This document shows, piece after piece, positions 36,496 to 46,900 of a DNA stretch of 64,000 nt (position 1 is the first letter of the stretch; every line of letters begins with the position of its first letter). The stretch comes from Opitutaceae bacterium. Lineage in GTDB: Bacteria; Verrucomicrobiota; Verrucomicrobiia; Opitutales; Opitutaceae. The notes beneath the pieces were generated by a model, which saw nothing but the letters and a program-made list of their open reading frames with translations, had not been told where the DNA came from and did no database searches. The stretch covers positions 4,451 through 68,450 of the forward strand of contig JANYCF010000328.1 of the NCBI GenBank assembly GCA_025360455.1, given 5' to 3'. The position numbers and the translations under genes are program-made.

Positions 36496-37440
36496 ATGTC
36501 CTCCTCAACCACTGTTCTGATCACCGGCGTCGCCGGCTATCTGGGATCAATTGTCTCGGATCACTTTTTAAAAGCCGGGCATCGAGTTATCGGAGTTGAT
36601 AATTTGAGTTTCGGTTCAGCTGCGCTGAATCATCTGTGCGAGCAGCCGGCCTTCGAGTTTGTCCGCGAAGATGCCCGCAATGAGCAGGCGATGGCGCCCT
36701 TGGTGAAGAAAGCCGATGTGATCATCCCCCTGGCGGCCGTCGTCGGCATGCCCGCGTGTCAGCGTGATCCCCTCCTGGCGACTTCACTGAATCTTGATGC
36801 GGTGCGCATGATCAATCGGCTCCGTTCCCCGGGCCAGCTGATCGTTTATCCCAACACGAACAGCGGTTACGGAATCAAGTCGGGCAATTCTTTCTGCACC
36901 GAGGATACCCCGTTGGAGCCCATTTCCGTTTACGGCACAACCAAGTGTCAGGCTGAGATCGAACTGTTGAATTCCAAAAACACCATCACGCTGCGGCTCG
37001 CGACCGTGTTCGGCATGTCGCCGCGGATGCGGATCGATCTGCTGGTGAATCATTTTGTTTATACCGCCGTCACCGATGGCTACATGGTAATTTTTGAAAA
37101 GGACTTTAAGCGCAATTTCGTCCATGTGCGCGATGTCGCGGACTGCATGCTGCACTGCGTGGCGAATGCTTCCAAGATGATTGGCCGGCCCTACAATGTG
37201 GGGTTGGATACGGCGAATCTTTCCAAGGAGGAATTGGCGATGAAGGTGAAGGAGTTCGTGCCGAATTTTTATGTACACTTTTCCGAAGTCGGCACTGATC
37301 CGGATAAGCGCAATTACATCGTCTCCAACCAGCGACTGCGGGAGGCGGGATTTGAAGCCAGGCGCTCACTGGAAACGGGCATTCCCGAGCTAATCAAAGG
37401 CTATAAAATGTTTGGCCGCTCCCCGTTGAAGAACGTGTGA
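36496..37440 (+). CDS. Extended SDR, Cj1427/WcaG-like GDP-D-glycero-D-manno-heptose C4-dehydrogenase
   Basis: ADVIIPLAAVVGMPAC, YPNTNSGYG, PISVYGTTK, RLATVFGMSPRMRIDLLVN and DPDKRNYIVSN match my recollection of C. jejuni Cj1427; GDP-heptose gene context. Confidence 0.8.
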   Translation: MSSSTTVLITGVAGYLGSIVSDHFLKAGHRVIGVDNLSFGSAALNHLCEQPAFEFVREDARNEQAMAPLVKKADVIIPLAAVVGMPACQRDPLLATSLNLDAVRMINRLRSPGQLIVYPNTNSGYGIKSGNSFCTEDTPLEPISVYGTTKCQAEIELLNSKNTITLRLATVFGMSPRMRIDLLVNHFVYTAVTDGYMVIFEKDFKRNFVHVRDVADCMLHCVANASKMIGRPYNVGLDTANLSKEELAMKVKEFVPNFYVHFSEVGTDPDKRNYIVSNQRLREAGFEARRSLETGIPELIKGYKMFGRSPLKNV

Positions 37441-37523
37441 GACGAAGCCCGACGAATAATTTCCACTCCTGCTATGAAGGCTCGGCGATAGGGCGGTGTT
37501 CCCACAAATCAAAAATATATTCT

Positions 37524-39458
37524 ATGAACTCCACGCCTGATGCTTTACTGACTCTTTTGGCTGATCCGCTCGATGCGAATGGCGCTCATCGTCCTGAGCT
37601 GACGCAGCTTTCCGTCCTCGAGCAGTTGCGTCGTGCGCTCGCGAATTATTTGGAAACGCCGGGTGAGCGCGAGATGTGGATGAGATTTCTTTTGGCGCGT
37701 CGGAGCGCCAGCGAGTTGATCGCCCGGTTTTCTCGCAAGGAGACCGATGCTCCTCACGTGCATGAAGGGCATGAACTGATCCGGGAAATGGCGAAATCGG
37801 GCGGGCACGATCATACGGCTCAACCCGACGATTTAGCGCTGGCGCAAGGGTTCGTTCGCAAAGGTTGGCCGGGAGTATTGGCCGCGATGTTGCTCGTGCC
37901 GGCCTGGCAATGGCCGGACGCGCCATTGCTGATGGAGGTGCCGGATTGGTTGCGGGCTGATTATGTGCGCTGGTTGTTTACGGCACCACAAAACTTTTCT
38001 TCGCCCGGCCAGGCGGAGGCCTTTGGCGCATTCACCCTCAAACGATTGGAAGAACTTGTGCGCTGGCTGAACCGCGCCCCCAACGGGACGGAAGAGAAAA
38101 AGGTGCTGGGTGCCTATGCCAGTCACTGTTCCTTGCGACCGGTTTGCCAAGGATCGGAAGCGCTGCGCCGTCACGCAGAATTGCGCGGCCAACTGCTCGG
38201 GCGCGCGATGGGGAAACGGGATGATCATTATCGGGCCCCCTTTAAACCTCGAGCTGGCCGCCGGCTACGCATCGGTATTATCAATCGTAATTTTGAGCCG
38301 CAGCTGGAGACGTACGCCACCTTGCCCCTTTTTGAACAGCTCGATCCGGAACGCTTCGAGGTGATGCTGTTTACGTACGTGAGTGGTTTTAGTCGGGTGG
38401 AAGAGCATTGCCGGCAAAAATCAGCCGACCTGCAAGTGCTGCCGGTTGATCTTCCAGGTCAGCTTTCGCTGTTACGAAAGGCGGCGCTCGATGTGGCCGT
38501 CTTCAGTGCGGATCTGACGGCGGAGTGCAATGTCGTGACGCGGCTCGCCCTGCATCGCATCGCACCGCTTCAGGTCGCCAGCAATGCTTCGTGTCTTACG
38601 ACCGGTTTGCCCGAGATTGATCTCTATTTGACGGGTGACGGAGCGATGACCGAAGGTCTCGCCGCTCAATTCACGGAACGTCTGGGACTCCTGCCGGGGC
38701 CGACGCACACTTTTAATTTCGAGGCTGATCGCGAGGAAGTGCAAGTTGGCTGTACGCGGGCTGATTTCGGTCTGCCCGCAGAGGCCGTCGTTTTTGTTTC
38801 CACGGCTAATTTTCAAAAAATAATTCCTGAAGTACAGCAGGTTTGGGCCCGGCTGTTGGCGGCGGTGCCGGGTTCATATTTGCTCGTGCATCCCTTTGCG
38901 CCACGCTTGCCGTCGAATCAGACGATCAACCATTTCTATGCGGCGTTTGAGGAGAATATGCAACGGGCAGGCGTAGATACTGCCCGCTTGGTCGTTTCCA
39001 CCGTGGATTTCCCCTCGCGCAACGAGGTCAGGGGATTACTCGGGTTGGGTGATGTGTATCTCGATACTTTTCCGTTTGGCGGAGTGGATTCATTGATGGA
39101 TGCGCTGGAACTCGGTTTGCCCATCGTTGCGATGGAAGAGCGGGCGTTGCGCTCGCGGACGGGCGCTTCCTTGCTGCGGGTGATTGGTATGGGCGAGTTG
39201 ATCGCGAGCACGGCTGCGGCGTACGCAGCGATTGCGATCAAGGTCGCGAAAGATTCTGCCTATCGGACGAGTTGCCGAGAACGGATCTGCCCCGGGATGG
39301 GACAGCCGCCCGCTTTTCTTGACACGAAGGCGACGAGTGAGGCCTTTGGTACCTTGCTGGGAATGGCGTACGATGAACTGGCGATCAAAGGACGTGAATT
39401 GTTCCGCGCGAATTTGCAGCCGTTGCGCATCACCGGGATGTCGTCGGCTGGGAGGTAG
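37524..39458 (+). CDS. GT41 (OGT/SPINDLY/HMW1C-like) glycosyltransferase, paralog 1
   Basis: RLRIGIINRNF, RIAPLQV, FVSTANFQKIIP and DVYLDTFPFGGVDSLMDALELGLPIV. Confidence 0.85.
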   Translation: MNSTPDALLTLLADPLDANGAHRPELTQLSVLEQLRRALANYLETPGEREMWMRFLLARRSASELIARFSRKETDAPHVHEGHELIREMAKSGGHDHTAQPDDLALAQGFVRKGWPGVLAAMLLVPAWQWPDAPLLMEVPDWLRADYVRWLFTAPQNFSSPGQAEAFGAFTLKRLEELVRWLNRAPNGTEEKKVLGAYASHCSLRPVCQGSEALRRHAELRGQLLGRAMGKRDDHYRAPFKPRAGRRLRIGIINRNFEPQLETYATLPLFEQLDPERFEVMLFTYVSGFSRVEEHCRQKSADLQVLPVDLPGQLSLLRKAALDVAVFSADLTAECNVVTRLALHRIAPLQVASNASCLTTGLPEIDLYLTGDGAMTEGLAAQFTERLGLLPGPTHTFNFEADREEVQVGCTRADFGLPAEAVVFVSTANFQKIIPEVQQVWARLLAAVPGSYLLVHPFAPRLPSNQTINHFYAAFEENMQRAGVDTARLVVSTVDFPSRNEVRGLLGLGDVYLDTFPFGGVDSLMDALELGLPIVAMEERALRSRTGASLLRVIGMGELIASTAAAYAAIAIKVAKDSAYRTSCRERICPGMGQPPAFLDTKATSEAFGTLLGMAYDELAIKGRELFRANLQPLRITGMSSAGR

Positions 39459-39598
39459 AATTTGCCCTACCTGCGCTCAAAATGAAACAACCCCGACGCC
39501 GCCACGGATATCGGAGGCAAAGAATATTTTATAGAATTCGTTACCATAGATTAACACGGTCCGATCCGCCCTGGGCCTAAAAACTGCGATCATTATTT

Positions 39599-41938
39599 AT
39601 GTCTTCACTCTATTCACCCCAAGCGCTCATGTCGGCCGATCCCTTTGCCTTATCCCAGCCGGAAAATAGCCGGAGCCCACTGCCGCTGGAAGAAACCGGC
39701 GCGCTGTTTGATCAACTGCGCAACGGATTGACCCAGTATTTGGAGCAACCAGCCAGTGCAGAGTTATGGAGCAAATTCACCGTTGCGCGACGCGCCGCCA
39801 GCGAGGCGATCACCCGTTTTCCGAGAAAGGATACGCAAGCACTCTTGGTTTACGACACGCGTCAGTTGATGCAGGAAATTTCCCGATCGGGGGTGCATGA
39901 TCGCAGCCTTGAAGCGGAAGATTTAACACTGGCCGATGGCTTGGTCAAAAAAGGGTGGTCGGGTTTGTTGGGCGCGATGTTGCTGACTCCGGCCTGGCAA
40001 TGGTCCTCGGCTCCACTTTTGGTGGAAGTGCCGGAATGGTTGTTGGCGGATTATGTCGGCTGGCTTTTTGCGGCGCCCCAGGGATTCAGTGAGATCGGAC
40101 ACGCGGAGGCCTATGCCGCGCATACGTTGCGCCGCTTGGAAGAGTTGGTGCGCTGGATGAAACGGGGTCCGGGCATCAGTGCTGAGACCGAAGTGCTCGG
40201 TGCTTATGTGACCCATGCCTCCGTGATTCCTTTGTATTTTTGTACCGGTGATCTCCGTCGCCACGCCGAGTTGCGCGGCCTGTTGTATACGCAGGCGATC
40301 AGCCTGCCGGGAGATCACTATGAAGCCGATGCGGTCTCGCGTGAAGGCCGGCGTCTGCGCGTGGGTTTTGTGAACCGGCATTTTAGCTCGCAGACGGAAA
40401 CGTACACGACCTTGCCCACGTTCGAGCAACTCGACCCCGAGCGTTTTGAGGTGATCCTCTACAGCTATAAATCGGGGAACAGCAACCTGGAGGAATATTG
40501 CCGGTCGAAGGCGGGGGATTATTTTGTGCTGCCCGACGATATCGAGGGACAGCTCTCGATGCTGCGCGGGGCGGGACTGGATGCGGTGGTCTTTGGGACC
40601 AACGTGACGGCGGTGTGCAACGAGGTCACGCGCTTGGCGCTGCACCGCGTCGCGCCCCTGCAGGTGGTCAATAATTCTTCCTGTATTACTTCCGGTCTGC
40701 CGGAGGTGGATCTGTATGTGTCAGGCACCCTCACCGAGTCCTTGGGCGCATCGGCGCAATTCAGCGAGCGCCTGGGATTGCTGCCGGGCCCGACTCACGC
40801 TTTCAATTATGAAGCAGACCGACAGGAGTCGCAAAATTCGGGTACGCGGGCCGATTGTGGCATTCCGGACGACGCGCTGCTGTTCGTGTCCGCGGCGAAT
40901 TATTTTAAAATCATCCCGGAGATGCAGCAGCAGTGGGCCAAATTACTCGCGGCTGTGCCGGGTTCATATTTGTTGGTGCATCCGTTCAATCCGAATTGGA
41001 CTTCAGAATATCCGATCAAACGTTTTCAAGCGGAGTTTGTCCGTGTCTTGGCCAGTCATGGCGTGGACCGGGCGCGGTTGAAGATTTCGACCACCTCGTT
41101 CCCCTCGCGAACAGAGGTGAAGCAACTTTTGGGGTTGGGCGATGTGTACCTCGATACCTTCCCGTTTGGCGGCGTGAATTCCCTGGTGGATCCGCTGGAA
41201 CTCGGGTTGCCCGTGGTTACCTGGGATGGAGAAACGATGCGTTCTCGCATGGGAGGCGCGCTGCTGCGCTCGCTGGAATTGCCTGAATTGATCGCCAGCA
41301 ATGCCGAGACTTACCAAGCTATCGCCGTGAAACTGGCCACCGATGCCACTGAGCGCGCTGCGGTGCGGGAGCGATTGCAGACCCGCATGGAACGGATGCC
41401 GATTTTTCTTGATGCGTTGGCCGCCAGCGAGGCGATGGGCGATTTGTTGGAAGTGGCTTTTGACGAATTGACCCTGGTCGGACGCAAGGCGTTTCGGGCG
41501 AACTTAGTTCCGCTTCAGGCGGCACTCACGTCGGCCAATGCCCGCGACAAGGCTTCCAGTGATCCGGTGGCGCAGGCGAGGGCCGTGTTGCGATCAGCTC
41601 CGGCGGATGCGACGGCTCGTCATGTCCTGGGTTGCGCCCTGCATGCGGCTGGTCGGTCAAGTCGGGCCGTGTGTTACTTGTTGGCGGCCATTCAAAAAGT
41701 GGAGAACAATCCTGATCTTTGGTTGGATCTGGCGCAGGCGTTGCGAGCGGACGGTCGAACCAGTGAGGCGATTCAGGCGCTCGAAGCCAGTTTGCGGATG
41801 GACCAGGATCAATTGGAAGGATGGTTGATGTTGGCCGAGCTCGCGCAGGCGATCGGAGTCACCGACCTAGCGCGCGAAGCAGCGGGCGTGGCCCAGAGAT
41901 TGGCCCCGGATGACACGCGCGCGAATGTTTACTTATAA
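39599..41938 (+). CDS. GT41 glycosyltransferase, paralog 2, with C-terminal TPRs
   Basis: RLRVGFVNRHF, FVSAANYFKIIP and DVYLDTFPFGGVNSLVDPLELGLPVV; TPR-like tail ARHVLGCALHAAG...LWLDLAQALRADG. Confidence 0.87.
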   Translation: MSSLYSPQALMSADPFALSQPENSRSPLPLEETGALFDQLRNGLTQYLEQPASAELWSKFTVARRAASEAITRFPRKDTQALLVYDTRQLMQEISRSGVHDRSLEAEDLTLADGLVKKGWSGLLGAMLLTPAWQWSSAPLLVEVPEWLLADYVGWLFAAPQGFSEIGHAEAYAAHTLRRLEELVRWMKRGPGISAETEVLGAYVTHASVIPLYFCTGDLRRHAELRGLLYTQAISLPGDHYEADAVSREGRRLRVGFVNRHFSSQTETYTTLPTFEQLDPERFEVILYSYKSGNSNLEEYCRSKAGDYFVLPDDIEGQLSMLRGAGLDAVVFGTNVTAVCNEVTRLALHRVAPLQVVNNSSCITSGLPEVDLYVSGTLTESLGASAQFSERLGLLPGPTHAFNYEADRQESQNSGTRADCGIPDDALLFVSAANYFKIIPEMQQQWAKLLAAVPGSYLLVHPFNPNWTSEYPIKRFQAEFVRVLASHGVDRARLKISTTSFPSRTEVKQLLGLGDVYLDTFPFGGVNSLVDPLELGLPVVTWDGETMRSRMGGALLRSLELPELIASNAETYQAIAVKLATDATERAAVRERLQTRMERMPIFLDALAASEAMGDLLEVAFDELTLVGRKAFRANLVPLQAALTSANARDKASSDPVAQARAVLRSAPADATARHVLGCALHAAGRSSRAVCYLLAAIQKVENNPDLWLDLAQALRADGRTSEAIQALEASLRMDQDQLEGWLMLAELAQAIGVTDLAREAAGVAQRLAPDDTRANVYL

Positions 41939-41977
41939 TTCTTTGCGTAAGTTCATGCATCTCTTGCTCGACAAAAC

Positions 41978-42038
41978 CGGCATGGCCACAAGGGCCAGCC
42001 CTACCAATTCCGTAGGGCCGGCCCTTGTGGCCGTGCCG
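41978..42038. repeat. REP-like doublet, family B
   Basis: CGGCATGGCCACAAGGGCCAGCCCTAC-caattcc-GTAGGGCCGGCCCTTGTGGCCGTGCCG. Confidence 0.88.
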
Positions 42039-42138
42039 AGAACGTCGCAGGTCTATCATCCACGAATTTGTGCAACGATTGATATAACAGTTATTCGGTT
42101 CCTCGATGATTCCAGTGGGTCGCGGAGATTTGCTTGGC

Positions 42139-42210
42139 GTAGCCACAGGCCTCCGTGCCTGTGGAGTTGGGGGCGCGTCGAACTCCGCAGGCAGGGACGC
42201 CTGCCGCTAC
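42139..42210. repeat. REP-like doublet, family A variant
   Basis: GTAGCCACAGGCCTCCGTGCCTGTGG...GCAGGCAGGGACGCCTGCCGCTAC. Confidence 0.85.
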
Positions 42211-42316
42211 TCCGAACAATCAACTTGGAAGCGCGAACAAAGAGAGTCTTTGCATGGCGAACTGCGTTTACCCACTGGAATCAGCGAAGAACCAGTTATT
42301 CTGACTGCTTCCCACT

Positions 42317-43495
42317 GTGAGCACCGACCATTTAGTTGCCGAGCCCGTGGCCGCACCGAGCGCAAAAGCGCAGCGGGAGGCTTTAATGGCACAAGCGCGG
42401 GCGGCGTTGGTGAAAGTATATGAAGTGCCCAATCTCACCTACGCGCAACGCCTCGCTCACGCGAAAAGCCTCAACTCGGCTCTGGCGAAATTGGAATATC
42501 AAAACGGAACGACGCAACTGACTTGCCGACCGGCGATGATCGAATTGCCCGTGGCCGGGAAGTGCAACTTGCGCTGTACGATGTGCGGTTTATCGCACGG
42601 TGATCCCGGTTTTCCGAATTGGACTTTGGAGGAGGTGAAGAAATTCGAACCGTTCTTCCGCTTTGCCCGTTCCGTCAATCCGACCGGTGCCGGCGAGCCA
42701 TTGGCGGTTCGAGATTTTTTTTCCATGCTGGAACTGTTCAGCGGTTACGGGCTGACCACCGGCTTTTATACCAATGCCACTTTGCTGACACCGGATAAGG
42801 TGGAGAGTGTGATCCGGTTGGGTATCGCGCAGGTGAATATCTCCATTGACGGAGCCACGGCGGCAACTTTTGAAAACATCCGGCATCATGCCAAATTTGC
42901 TACAGTGGTGGGAAATACCCGGCGCTTAGTGGCCCGTCGCCGCGAGCTTGGGCGAAACATTCCCCGTCTCCAAATCGCCATGGTGCTCATGCGGGAGAAT
43001 ATGCACGAATTGCCCGACTTGGTTCGCTTGGCGGCCGATATCGGGGCCGACAGTGTCTACGTTGGTTTTGTCAGCGCTATTGTCCCCGAAAATATTTGTG
43101 AGCGGGAGCCCATCCGCACAAATGCGATGCTGCGCGAAGCGCGTCGGGTGGCGGAAGCATTGAAGCTGCCGATTTTGTGTCCGGATTATTTACCCGAGCA
43201 TGCCACGGCGGAAGCGGCGACGGCGCGGGAGGCGGTGGTTCCGCTTGCTCCCGCCAGTGGGTGTATGTGCAGCCATCCTTGGCAACAATTGGTCGTATGG
43301 AACGATGGAGGCGTGAGTCCTTGCTGCCGTATTCGCGATCAGGTCGATGGGGAGAAATTTGGCAACATTCACGAAACGCCACCGGAGCAACTCTGGAACA
43401 GTCCCGGCTTTGTTCGGTTGCGGGAGCGGCTTGCTTCGAGAAATCCGCCGATGGACTGTCAGATTTGTCCACTACGAACGGCGACGCTGCATTGA
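42317..43495 (+). CDS. Radical SAM protein with a SPASM/twitch domain
   Basis: CNLRCTMC (CxxxCxxC), GAGEPL, SIDGA and CSHPWQQLVVWNDGGVSPCC...CQIC. Confidence 0.93.
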   Translation: MSTDHLVAEPVAAPSAKAQREALMAQARAALVKVYEVPNLTYAQRLAHAKSLNSALAKLEYQNGTTQLTCRPAMIELPVAGKCNLRCTMCGLSHGDPGFPNWTLEEVKKFEPFFRFARSVNPTGAGEPLAVRDFFSMLELFSGYGLTTGFYTNATLLTPDKVESVIRLGIAQVNISIDGATAATFENIRHHAKFATVVGNTRRLVARRRELGRNIPRLQIAMVLMRENMHELPDLVRLAADIGADSVYVGFVSAIVPENICEREPIRTNAMLREARRVAEALKLPILCPDYLPEHATAEAATAREAVVPLAPASGCMCSHPWQQLVVWNDGGVSPCCRIRDQVDGEKFGNIHETPPEQLWNSPGFVRLRERLASRNPPMDCQICPLRTATLH

Positions 43496-43531
43496 ATTTT
43501 GGTTTTCGGACCCAGGGTTTGGGGTCTTGGG

Positions 43532-43604
43532 GTAGACACTGTGCCTCCTCCGTGCCTGTGGGGTGAGGGCGAGGGGAACGGCAGGCAAGGACGCCTGCCG
43601 CTAC
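43532..43604. repeat. REP-like doublet, family A variant (degenerate left arm)
   Basis: GTAG...CTCCGTGCCTGTGG...GCAGGCAAGGACGCCTGCCGCTAC. Confidence 0.78.
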
Positions 43605-43768
43605 AGGGACGCATGTTGCCTCTGGGCAAAATCTGCCAGACTCGGTGACGGTGGGTTGGATCTGCGCTCAGCCTGCATTTGGCTGCTTGAATAATATTTT
43701 ATTAAATTATCCATCAAGGATTAGCAGGGCTTGGACTCGGCTGGGCTAAGAACCTGCAATCAGTCGGC

Positions 43769-43975
43769 ATGCGATTGAACTACTCGCTCTCGCCCGAGCT
43801 ATACCTGGATTTCCTGCGGACGAATTTTAGCGCCCACCCGCATGCCGATGCCGTCCCGGTCTCGCCCTTGGCCAGCCCGGATTCCTTGGCGGCTTTCTCG
43901 CTTGAAGACAGAATGGTTTCACGAGCCATGATGCAGGCGTTGGACAAAAAATACACCCTGAGCTCCCGATCATGA
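43769..43975 (+). CDS. 68-aa hypothetical protein
   Basis: Fills the gap before the GT; its stop overlaps the next start (ATGA). No family recognised. Confidence 0.4.
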   Translation: MRLNYSLSPELYLDFLRTNFSAHPHADAVPVSPLASPDSLAAFSLEDRMVSRAMMQALDKKYTLSSRS

Positions 43976-46900
43976 ATGTGCTGTTGATTGAGTTCGATTT
44001 GTACAAGTCCGTGGGCGGAGGGCAGACGGTGTACAAGCGACTGATCGAGAGTAATCCGAAAATTACTTTCTTTTATTTCGGAGTTCGGGAAGAAGCTGCC
44101 GCGATTCGTCCGGCGAATGCGCGGTTGGTGCCTCATCAGGTGGTGTATCCCTTTCGTAGTTTGACGGGGGAATTCACTGCGCTCGATCTCCCGGTTTGGG
44201 CTCATCTGGATTACCTCGGTGCGGCGAACATGGCGGCCTCCGTGGCTCATCTTTCGATCGATGTCGTGGATATTCCGGACTACAAATATTTCGGATATTT
44301 TCTAGCCCCCGCCTTGCGCCGACATGGTCAAAAGCACTGCAAAATCGTGGTCGCCCTGCATGGCAATCTGTCGGAAACGCAACGCGTCAACTGGAGTAGT
44401 CATGACGTGCTGGAGATTAGCGTGGATCAGCGGGAGCAGTGGCAATATCGTACGGCTGATAGCCGCTACGGCATCAGCCGGGATTACCTTGATCATTGGC
44501 AATCGATTGCCGGGGTGGCCGGGCATTATTTGCATCCGCTGAGGTTTTTGTCTCCCCCGAAGATCTTGAAATGGAATCGGACGGAGGCGGGCGTTTCGTT
44601 GAATTTCATCGGTCGGACCGAAGGCTTTAAAGGCCCCGATTTATTTGTTGAACTGCTGACCTGGTTGCCGGCCAAATCGTATCAGACCGCCCGAATCATT
44701 GGCCCCGGCGTGGTGGATGCCCAGGGCGTGAGTTCCACGGTGCATTTGCAAAGAATGGCGGCCAGACGCGGGCTGCAAATTCAGCATCATGCCTGCATGA
44801 CGAAGGGGGAATTGGCGGAAATATATTCTGGTCGGGGCCTCACGGTGCTGCCTTCCCGCATGGATACGTTCAATCTTACCGCCTTGGAATCGTTTTATGC
44901 GGGTTGTCCTGTCGCGGTGTCGGGCAAAGCCGGGGTCTGCCGTTTTATGCGGGACACTTATCCCGAGATTCCTTTTGCCACGCTCGATGTTGATCGGCTC
45001 CATTCTTCCGGGCCGGTGCTGTTGAAATTGATCGATGATTATGACCGGCAGAGAGACAAACTGACAAAAGCCATGGAAAGTGCTGAGCCGCTCGTGACAG
45101 GTTTGGACCTGCAGCAAATTTACGAGAGCGGAGATACGGGCGAGGTGTTTCTAAAACAACAGGCGGAAAGCTTGTACGATCGGGTGGCCGCTTTCTATCA
45201 TCGTAACCGAATCTCAGCGGGTCAGAGAATCGCAGCAGCGGGCGTGCGGGGATGCGATGCCTTGCGCAATCATTTGGAAGGATTTAAAGGGACTGGCCAA
45301 GTGCTGGAACAGAATGCCTGGCCGTTGCACCGTCAACTCTTCTACTTGCCCGAGGGAACGCCGCAGGAAATTAATCGGAAGACGGGGTTTGCCGCCGACA
45401 TCACCCGGGCGGTCCAAATTGATCGCGCACGCGGTTGGGCTGAACTCGCGCGTCTGGAGCGGGTCCGGGGGAATGATTTTGTCGCCGCCACTTATGAAAT
45501 TCGTATCATGCGGGCGCTGGGGGAAGATCGTTCGGGGATGCTGCCTTGGGTGATGGCGATTTTGAATGAACAGGGCTATCCGCAGGAAGCAAAGACGGTG
45601 CTCGCCTTGTATGGTCCGCGAGAACAACGGCTCGAACGTAGCCGCGAGCTGCTCACCGCAGCGCACGACAACCACCGTCAGGTGCCGGATCGGCCGTATC
45701 AGTTCATCGCCGATGGCCGCACGACTCAGACTCCGAAAGTCGGGATCATTGTTTCTCTCTACAAGGCGGCGAACAAGCTGGAAACTTTCCTGCGCATGTT
45801 GAGCCAACAGGAGTGGGTGATGAACGGTCAGGCGGAATTGGTATTCGTCGACAGTCACTCGCCGACGAATGAGTATGAAGTGTTTCAGCGCATGTCGGCT
45901 GCACTGGGCATCAAAGCGGTTTATGCGCGGACGGAAGAACGGGAAACTATTCAGAAAGCCTGGAACCGGGGCATTCTGCTGGCTCGGGCACCTTACCTGT
46001 CATTTTTGGGCGTCGACGAGATGGTGCGGCCCGATTGTCTGTCCGTCCTGGCGGGAGAATTGGATGCCGATCCCGCGTTGGATTGGGTGCAAGGCAACTC
46101 GGTTATAACGGAAGTAAATCCACAAGGGACGTTGCTGCGCGATGTGATGATCTACCAACGGATACCCTACGAGCAGGATTTGGTATATCTTGAGACGTGT
46201 TATCTCAGCTGGGTGGGCGGGATGTATCGCAAAAGCATCCATGACCGCTGCGGTTACTATGATGAAAGTTTTGGCGCGGCCGGCGATACCGAGTTTAAGA
46301 ACCGTGTGCTTCCGTTTATCAAGAGCAAGACCGTGCCGCAGACGCTGGGGGTATTTTTGAATTATCCGGAAGAGCGCACCACGCAAAGTCCCCGGGCCGA
46401 AGTGGAAGATTTGCGAGCATGGTATTTGCATCGCAGTGTCGCGGGAGTGGAGTACGCTCTGGCCCGGCGAAAGCCGGAAGAGGCGCTGACTTTGCTCAAG
46501 AAAACTCTGGGTTATCGGAAATCGTACTGTGGGCATCAGAGCACGGATTTGGAATATGCTCAGGCCTTGGCTCTTTTCGCGGCGCCGAAACTCCCGGGAC
46601 AAAAGCTGGATCAGGTGGTACTCGCGTTGGGGCGGGCCTTGCAAGGCTACCGGGAATTGGAGTGGTTGCCGGTCGCTTCTCCCCGGTCTGGCGTGCGGGA
46701 ACTCAAGCGGGTGCAACAACTCGCCGTCAATGAGGCGCGTATTATTCAGTCCTGTCTCGATCTGGGGGATTCTTTGCCCTGGTTGATTTTCAATGATAAC
46801 CGCTACGAGCAGCACGCTCAGCCTTGGGAGGGGAAAGCTTTGGCGGAACACTTTCTACCGGAAGAACGCTGTTGCTGGATGCGGACGAAAGAACCGGTGG

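Noticed and set aside
41910-42423. ORFs spanning the gap between GT41 paralog 2 and the radical SAM gene
   Set aside because: Built largely from REP sequence and overlapping real genes.
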